Part shown: piece by piece, positions 57,936 to 64,000 of the stretch
Layout of the letters: each line of letters starts with the position of its first letter
Position numbering within the stretch: position 1 is the first letter of the stretch
DNA from: Salinispira sp.
Lineage (GTDB): Bacteria; Spirochaetota; Spirochaetia; DSM-27196; Salinispiraceae
Assembly (NCBI GenBank): GCA_965602015.1
Contig: OZ271918.1
Coordinates: forward strand, 2,208,001-2,272,000
Reading direction: 5' to 3'
Length of the DNA stretch: 64,000 nucleotides
Translations under genes and position numbers: made by a program
Notes under the pieces: model-generated
What the model saw: only the letters and a program-made list of their open reading frames with translations
Databases searched by the model: none
Told to the model about the DNA's origin: nothing

Positions 57936-58445
57936 AGGACCGGTCAAATAATCTGATCTCATGTTCCTATCCGTAGCGGAGTTGTATCCAAACATATAAC
58001 ACTTTCTCTTACACAATGCGGCTACGGCATAGCTGTCTGCTAAAGATGTGGTTTTCAATATCCCACTGATAGGAAGTAATTGTATTCACTTCAATACAGC
58101 GGTTTTTACAAGTATTCCCGTAAATATCCTTCGCGGAGACCGCGAATACGGGCATGGGGCCTTTGCGCCCGGTGTTCACCTGTACGAAGACTCAGTCTCT
58201 TACGACAATTGCCACCGGAGTCTCAGGTCGCTGCTCGTCGATCCTATTTGCCGTCGTTTCACTTATCGTCGCTTTTGGCGTCGGCCCATATCCGACCGAA
58301 CTGATTGACTGGGTGGAGCGTTTCCCAGACATCTTCCCGTTCAGGCTCGCAGAGAACGGCCTTTAACTGATCGTATCTATGCTGTGACTCGGGATGTTAT
58401 CGGCTCCAAAGCAAAGGGAGTCGGGCAATACCTGAGGTTGGTAAC

Positions 58446-58494
58446 TTGAAAAACAGCACTCCAACGTTTATGATATTGTTAACAGTGTAAACGT
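58446..58494 (+). promoter_or_regulatory. Sigma70 promoter with overlapping inverted repeat (probable autoregulatory operator)
   Basis: TTGAAA-17nt-TATGAT; ACGTTTA(58464-70)...TAAACGT(58488-94). Confidence 0.65.
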
Positions 58495-58505
58495 ATGGAG
58501 GCGTA

Positions 58506-58952
58506 ATGATCCGTGAGAATGTCATTGAAAAGATGGGGAGTCTGTTTGCCGACTTCGGGCTCAAACCGTTGATGGGACGGATATTCGGACTGCTCCTGGC
58601 TTCGGAAGAAGCACTGAGTCTCAGCCAGATAGCTGCCGATCTCGAGGTCTCGAAAGCTGCGGTAAGCATTCTGATCCGCCAGCTCGAATCCTTCGGGTAC
58701 TGCCGGAAGCTTCCGACCAAGGGTAACAGGGAACATTTTTACCTGCTCCGGGAAAACTACCTTCCCTTTACCTATGGGAGGCGAATATCCCGGGAAATGA
58801 GTCAGCTGGATATCATTCGGGAACTCGGGGATTCCGAAAGCGATGCCCCGGCCTTCATTAGGGAGCGCATTGGGGAGTTTATGGCGTTTAACGAGTTCAT
58901 CATCCGCGAACAGGGAAAGGCGCTGGAAAAATGGAAGGAGAATGTACGATGA
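58506..58952 (+). CDS. GbsR/MarR family transcriptional regulator
   Basis: GLKPLMGRIFGLLL, LSLSQIAADLEVSKAAVS winged HTH. Confidence 0.9.
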   Translation: MIRENVIEKMGSLFADFGLKPLMGRIFGLLLASEEALSLSQIAADLEVSKAAVSILIRQLESFGYCRKLPTKGNREHFYLLRENYLPFTYGRRISREMSQLDIIRELGDSESDAPAFIRERIGEFMAFNEFIIREQGKALEKWKENVR

Positions 58953-59776
58953 CCATACAGCACACGGATGGTCGGGAGACCTATTATGAGACCTTCGGTG
59001 ACTCTCAGGACCGAGCCGTGATTTTGATCCACGGACTTGGGGCAGAATCCTCATCATGGATGCACCAGAATCATTGGCTGGCAGACCGTGGCTTTTTCGT
59101 CATCGTCCCGGATATGTTCGGCCACGGGCGAAGCGGCAGGCTCGGAGATGACGGGATAAACGAATGGACCATCCAGATCGAGGCTCTCCTCGATCACTAT
59201 CAGCTCGCATCGGCAGTATTAATCGGTGTCAGCATGGGGGGTGTTATCGCCATCAATTTCAGTGTCAGCAGACCCGACCGGATTACCGCCCTGATCGTTT
59301 CGGACAGCTTTGCCGAACAAAAAACCGCCGGAGAGAAACTCCTGGGTTTCAGCCAGGTGATAGGATTCCGGGCTTTCAAATTGCTGGGCAGAAAGCTTTT
59401 CGCTCGGGGTATGGCAGCGGCATATCCTCAGGATTTCGCACAAGACGCACGGCAGTACATGTTCGAACGGAGTTTGCAGGCCGACTTCGACCAGCTAATC
59501 AAAGCCCGCAAAGCCATCAATACTGTCTCCGCATTAGATGCATTATCCCGGTTTCAGGTTCCGAGCCTGATCATCGTCGGATCTGAATTCGGAAAGAGCT
59601 TCGTAAAAATCAATCGGAAAATCGCCGATGCGATCCCCGGAGCGGAATTTGCCGTCTTGGAGCAATCAATGGATCCTTCGCCGATGGTAAATCCCCGGGA
59701 GTTCAACAGTCAGCTCTCCTCGTTCTTCGAGAGACATTTTGGAAAAGCGTCTCATTCTTCCCGGGAGATAGTCTGA
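58949..59776 (+). CDS. Alpha/beta-fold hydrolase with non-canonical triad
   Basis: LIHGLG, PDMFGHGRS, GVSMGG; start overlaps the regulator stop (ATGA). Confidence 0.88.
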   Translation: MTIQHTDGRETYYETFGDSQDRAVILIHGLGAESSSWMHQNHWLADRGFFVIVPDMFGHGRSGRLGDDGINEWTIQIEALLDHYQLASAVLIGVSMGGVIAINFSVSRPDRITALIVSDSFAEQKTAGEKLLGFSQVIGFRAFKLLGRKLFARGMAAAYPQDFAQDARQYMFERSLQADFDQLIKARKAINTVSALDALSRFQVPSLIIVGSEFGKSFVKINRKIADAIPGAEFAVLEQSMDPSPMVNPREFNSQLSSFFERHFGKASHSSREIV

Positions 59777-60897
59777 TGCCTGAATCACCCGGAATGACTC
59801 TCCGCCGGGCACTATTTCCCATTCTGTTATGGGTGGTACTGGCGGCATCCTGCACGAGCTGGTCAGCTCCGATTCCGCCAGTCGGAGCAGATGCCCCTCT
59901 CCCGCTCCGGGAAGGCCCTTCATACTTTTCTGTCGGAACGGCGACAGACCGGGCATTGGCCCAGGTTGATGATACGCAAGCTCACCGTCTGCACAGCCTC
60001 CTGGTGGGCCTGGATGGGCAAATCATCCTGGAACGCTATTTTAATCATAGGGATGAAGGCTCGATTCACGACATCCGCTCAGCGACTAAGAGTATCACGG
60101 CGATCCTGGTGGGAATCGCCATCGATCGGGGAATCATTTCAGGGGTCGATCAGCCCGTCCCGGAGATTCTCCGGGCGGCATATCCCGATATCGAAATTCC
60201 AGAGGATCTCACGATACGTCATCTGCTAACCATGTCCGCAGGGAAGGATTGCGATGATTGGGACCGACGCTCGCCGGGAAACGAGAATCGGATGTACCGG
60301 GCCCATGATTGGACGGAGTTTTTCCTTTCTCTTGATCAAGTCGCGTCACCCGGTGAGGTCGGGAGATATTGTACCGGAGGGGTTGTCGCGCTGGGAAGAA
60401 TTCTCGAGCTTTCTCTGGAGATCCCCCTGAATGATTGGGCCGATCAGGTTCTCTTCAAGCCTCTTGGTATACGCAACTACCACTGGGAGTATTACCAGGG
60501 TGAAACCAGCGTCGATACCGGCGGCCATCTTCACATAAGCTCACGGGGGCTCATGGCGCTGGGATTTATGCTGCTTCAAGAGGGTCAATGTGCCGGAGAG
60601 CGAATCGTCAGCGCTGAATGGATTGATGAAATGTGGACGCCAAGGAGCGATCTTTCCGGCCGGATGTATGGATACCTTTGGTGGCCTCAGATAGTGGACT
60701 ACGGCTCCGTACCGGTCCGGGTGCTTGTGGCCCGGGGAAACGGAGGCCAAAGCCTCTTCCTGGTTCCGTCTCTCGGTCTTTCCGCTGTGGTGACCACGGG
60801 ATGTTACAACGATCCCCGGTCGACCGTGTCCGATCAACTATTTTTTAATGCAATTCTTCCCGATGTCCTGAAAATAGGTTCGGCAACGGAAAAGTAA
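59776..60897 (+). CDS. Serine hydrolase, beta-lactamase/AmpC-like family, probable lipoprotein
   Basis: LAASC lipobox-like, SATK (SxxK), LLTMSAG, YCT, YGYLWW, GNGGQ. Confidence 0.9.
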   Translation: MPESPGMTLRRALFPILLWVVLAASCTSWSAPIPPVGADAPLPLREGPSYFSVGTATDRALAQVDDTQAHRLHSLLVGLDGQIILERYFNHRDEGSIHDIRSATKSITAILVGIAIDRGIISGVDQPVPEILRAAYPDIEIPEDLTIRHLLTMSAGKDCDDWDRRSPGNENRMYRAHDWTEFFLSLDQVASPGEVGRYCTGGVVALGRILELSLEIPLNDWADQVLFKPLGIRNYHWEYYQGETSVDTGGHLHISSRGLMALGFMLLQEGQCAGERIVSAEWIDEMWTPRSDLSGRMYGYLWWPQIVDYGSVPVRVLVARGNGGQSLFLVPSLGLSAVVTTGCYNDPRSTVSDQLFFNAILPDVLKIGSATEK

Positions 60898-61186
60898 TAA
60901 AAGCAAAGAGAAGGAGTGTGTTTATGAGCAATAGATCCGGTACCAATGACAGCGTTGTACTATCATCATCGGTTTCCCGGACATCTTTCCGTTCAGAGTC
61001 GTGGAGACGGCCTCTATCTTGTAGTATTGATGTTGTTGCTCGGGTTGTTTCTACCCCTCAGGGAAATCGCCAAGGGAACCATCAGGTAACGTCGGCCAAC
61101 GCCCAACTGGTTGAAAAAGTCAATAAAAAGTGGTCCTAAAGCAATCCAAAATAGTGACGTATGATCCGGACATAAAGGAGGATACT

Positions 61187-62200
61187 GTGAAAAAGATATG
61201 CCTTGGAAACACCGGCATCGAGGTCAGCGAAATGTGCCTGGGCACAATGTATTTCGGCAGCCGCGTTGAAGAGGAAACCGCGTTTGCCCTGCTTGATGCC
61301 TACGTGGATCGAGGCGGGAACTTTGTGGATACGTCGAATAATTACTGCTTCTGGCTGGATGGTTTTACCGGCGATGAAAGTGAAATCACCCTGGGTCGAT
61401 GGATGGCCGAGAGGAAGAACCGGAATGAAGTGTATCTTGCTACAAAATGCGGCGTGCGGCCCATTAATCAGCAGGGGGACTTTGAGGGACTTTCCCGATC
61501 GGCGATTATGAATGCTGTGGAGGGTAGTCTGAAGCGCCTAAAAACTGACCATATCGATCTGTATTATATGCATGTAGACTGGCGTGCCACCCATCTCGAA
61601 GAAACCCTCGGAGCTTTTTATGAACTGATAGAACAGGGAAAGGTCGGAAATATAGCCGCAAGCAATATGAGCACATGGCGGTTGATAAAGGCGAAAGAAA
61701 TTTCCCGGCAAAACGGATGGAAGGAGATTGCTGCAATACAGCAATGGTATTCGTACCTCAGGCCGAGAGACGGCGCAGCCCTGTGGGTCCAGAAGTTTGC
61801 TGATGAGGAGTTGTTCGATTATTGTGAGGCCGAAAAGGATACCACCGTCCTGGCGTATACTTTAACCTTGGGAGGGCTTTACGGCTGGGATAGCATTTAT
61901 GAACGAAATCATCCGGCCCTGGGAACCAGATTCTTCTCAGAAGACAATGAACGGCGCTTAGAGACGGTCAAAGAGCTAAGCCGGGAAAGAGGAGTCTCCC
62001 CTTTTCAGGTGGTATTCGCCTGGCTCAGAAAACATCGAATCCCCATAATCCCGATCCTGGGAGTGAGAACCATGTCCCAGTTACAGGACAACCTCAAATC
62101 TCTTGATTGGGAGATGAGCCCGGAAGAGTTCGAGCGGATGTCGAAGGCGGCGTTCAACCACAAAGAATATGAGAAGAATGAACCAGTGAAACTGCTGTAA
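61187..62200 (+). CDS. Aldo/keto reductase
   Basis: LGTMYFG, DTSNNY, LATK, SLKRLKTDHIDLYYMH; GTG 61187 with AAGGAGG. Confidence 0.93.
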   Translation: MKKICLGNTGIEVSEMCLGTMYFGSRVEEETAFALLDAYVDRGGNFVDTSNNYCFWLDGFTGDESEITLGRWMAERKNRNEVYLATKCGVRPINQQGDFEGLSRSAIMNAVEGSLKRLKTDHIDLYYMHVDWRATHLEETLGAFYELIEQGKVGNIAASNMSTWRLIKAKEISRQNGWKEIAAIQQWYSYLRPRDGAALWVQKFADEELFDYCEAEKDTTVLAYTLTLGGLYGWDSIYERNHPALGTRFFSEDNERRLETVKELSRERGVSPFQVVFAWLRKHRIPIIPILGVRTMSQLQDNLKSLDWEMSPEEFERMSKAAFNHKEYEKNEPVKLL

Positions 62201-62288
62201 TGCTATTGTTACCGGACTGATTGTGGGCTCGGAGTGCCTACGGTCCGCTTCCAGGCAGCCCCCGAGTGGTGTCGGCAGGAAACGAGAT

Positions 62289-63269
62289 TTACAGCACAAG
62301 GCGCATCACGACCATGTCTTTCCCGGCAGGAGGATGCGCTGAGTCATTTATGACAAATCCTTTATGTTCAAGCCACAGCTGAGCTGGACTGTGGCGGTCT
62401 GCAACGGCGCTGAGCGAGCGATGGCCGGCTTGTCGTGCAGCTTTGGTCAGCCGGATTATGAGATCTGTTCCTATGCCCCGGTTTCGATAGGACGGATCCA
62501 CCGCAATACAGAGCACCGGCGAATGCTCATCCAGGAGTTGAGCATGGGCTTTCCCCGGGTCCGCTCTGCGAATCCAGGCCGCTGCCACCGGAGAGTTTGT
62601 ATGATCCAGGGCGATGTATCCGAAATCTCCGGGACGTCCCCAGCCTTCTTCTGCATGCGGCAAGGCAGGCGCGGGGGAGCCGGGGTCTGCGGCTTTTGAA
62701 GGAAGGAGTTCGCTCCGCAGGAGATAGCGAAGGTATGCGGCGTCCTTTCCTGTTGCAGGGCGGATGTGTACCTGTTCCCCTTCAGCCTCGGCCGGGGGGA
62801 GGGTCAGACCGGCGTAGAGAAGCTGAGCCGAGAGTCGTGTTCGTTCCACCACGAGGGTGGTGTTTTCCGGAAGACGTTCAAGAACCTCCCGGGACAGCGC
62901 CACTCCACTTCCGGCGATTTTTACCGAAAAGAATTTTTTCCGTATTGTTCCCACCTCGATGAATGAGCCCATTCTCCAGGAGGGTCTGGATTCCACCGGT
63001 CCGACCAGACGGATTTTGGTACCGAGCCACAAGTCGAAATTAAACCACAACGCCGCGATGAAGGTCGGAGGAACACCGATCCAGAGAATCCAGGACAGCT
63101 GGGAATCCGACGCAGAATCCTTGAAGATTATGAGCTGAGCCAGGAGGGCGAACACGGCGAACAGCAGCGGAACCCCCCATATGACGAGTCGGGGACCGGC
63201 CATCCTGCGCCGATCGGCTTTAGTTAGGGGGACAATGAATTTTCCCTGGTGTAGGTCGGCTTTTGCCAC
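62289..63269 (-). CDS. Membrane-anchored protein with C-terminal GNAT acetyltransferase domain
   Basis: Two N-terminal TM; IAVDPSYRNRGIGT acetyl-CoA motif. Confidence 0.8.
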   Translation of the reverse strand: MAKADLHQGKFIVPLTKADRRRMAGPRLVIWGVPLLFAVFALLAQLIIFKDSASDSQLSWILWIGVPPTFIAALWFNFDLWLGTKIRLVGPVESRPSWRMGSFIEVGTIRKKFFSVKIAGSGVALSREVLERLPENTTLVVERTRLSAQLLYAGLTLPPAEAEGEQVHIRPATGKDAAYLRYLLRSELLPSKAADPGSPAPALPHAEEGWGRPGDFGYIALDHTNSPVAAAWIRRADPGKAHAQLLDEHSPVLCIAVDPSYRNRGIGTDLIIRLTKAARQAGHRSLSAVADRHSPAQLWLEHKGFVINDSAHPPAGKDMVVMRLVL

Positions 63270-63414
63270 AATATCGCTCCTGATTGCATTCTCTCATGAT
63301 CGGGAGAGCCCGTCTATTATAGCCTTATGCACCCCCCCGGCGTACGCAATTTCAAAAACGGAGCGGATCTGATACCCTGTTATGGTACGCATATAGCTTT
63401 GAGGAGAATGAGGT

Positions 63415-64000
63415 ATGAATTTTATGTTCATCCTGGTCGTAATCGCACTTGGGCTTCTGGCATCTTTGGTTGCGGGGGTCCGCTATGCGCGGCAAAACCC
63501 CGGCCGCGATGTAAAAAAAGAAATCCGCGAGCTCGCCGCCAGCCGGGGCTGGGATTTTCGCGAACCTAAGGGCGGCGATGTAACCTATTCGGTCAATGGC
63601 GGTGCCTGGGAGCTATCCGAACTATTCTTTCGAAGCGCAAATCGGGCGACAACCTCAAGTAATTACCAGACCCGCTGGGAGGCGGAGTACAGGGGTACGG
63701 ATTCGGTAATAATCGGTCCTAAACTGCCGGCCGCCCTTGAAAAGGGTACAATCGGAAGTCCGAAATTGTATCAAATTCTTCGTCCCATATTCGGCGACAG
63801 GATTAGCCGTTTTGAGGGCACGTCAATAATCCGTGAGCTGGGAAGCTCGTCTTTCAGGTCTCAGTTCGACGTGTTCGCACACGACCGAAGCGCCGCCGAA
63901 AAGCTTATTGGAGACGGGAGTCTCTGGCTGGATTTGGAAGCCGTTCTGGCCTCCCCTCCAGTGGTAACGATTGCAGACGGATCGGTTTCCATTGTCGTTC
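63415..64000 (+). CDS. Hypothetical single-TM membrane protein, 3' end outside the window
   Basis: Read manually: GAGG-rich RBS, MNFMFILVVIALGLLASLVAG..ELAASRGWDF.., open to the window end. Confidence 0.7.
   Translation, partial: MNFMFILVVIALGLLASLVAGVRYARQNPGRDVKKEIRELAASRGWDFREPKGGDVTYSVNGGAWELSELFFRSANRATTSSNYQTRWEAEYRGTDSVIIGPKLPAALEKGTIGSPKLYQILRPIFGDRISRFEGTSIIRELGSSSFRSQFDVFAHDRSAAEKLIGDGSLWLDLEAVLASPPVVTIADGSVSIVV

Noticed and set aside
57936..58440. Short overlapping ORFs in a 500-bp gap
   Set aside because: No recognisable motifs or RBS; probably decayed sequence, cannot be assigned
60918..61139. Small ORF with AAGGAG upstream and a hydrophobic stretch in another frame
   Set aside because: Possibly a frameshifted remnant, but no family is recognisable

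Overview
A 64 kb chromosomal window from a GC-rich bacterium, most likely a free-living spirochaete (Spirochaetaceae-like). This is inferred from a stand-alone fliG paralogue, a membrane-anchored PilZ protein, a short AlaS, a BMP lipoprotein and the capD-degT-'xdh' trio. The first 51.7 kb is mostly core genome. It holds tlpA-ccdA, accBCDA/fabZ, sfsA, ligA and an RlpA-like/SPOR protein. It also holds a ~17.7 kb co-directional run that starts with a NusG paralogue (LoaP/UpxY type) and continues through pglF/capD, a DegT aminotransferase, a degenerate xanthine-dehydrogenase-like trio, dnaE, yggT, recG, rsmD, hisZ-hisG-hisB and two TPR genes. After that come a cNMP-CPBP fusion, nfeD with two flotillins, an MFS transporter, GAF-ptsP/BMP/histidine kinase, alaS and fliG. 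At 51.7 kb is tRNA-Phe(GAA), followed by a duplicate of its 3' end that is split by a 141-nt structured insert. An accessory region follows with a probable zinc/metal-starvation module (COG0523 pseudogene, two COG0523 GTPases, Fur/Zur, palindromic operator, Cys-tailed flavoprotein, FeoB-like transporter) and several hydrolase/reductase genes. No CRISPR array, rRNA, transposase or integrase was seen. The best leads are the apparently molybdenum-free XDH-like module inside the antiterminator-led operon, the metal-starvation module, the tRNA-linked structured element, the cNMP-CPBP fusion and repeated leaderless promoter architecture. All assignments come from motif recognition by eye; no searches were run.
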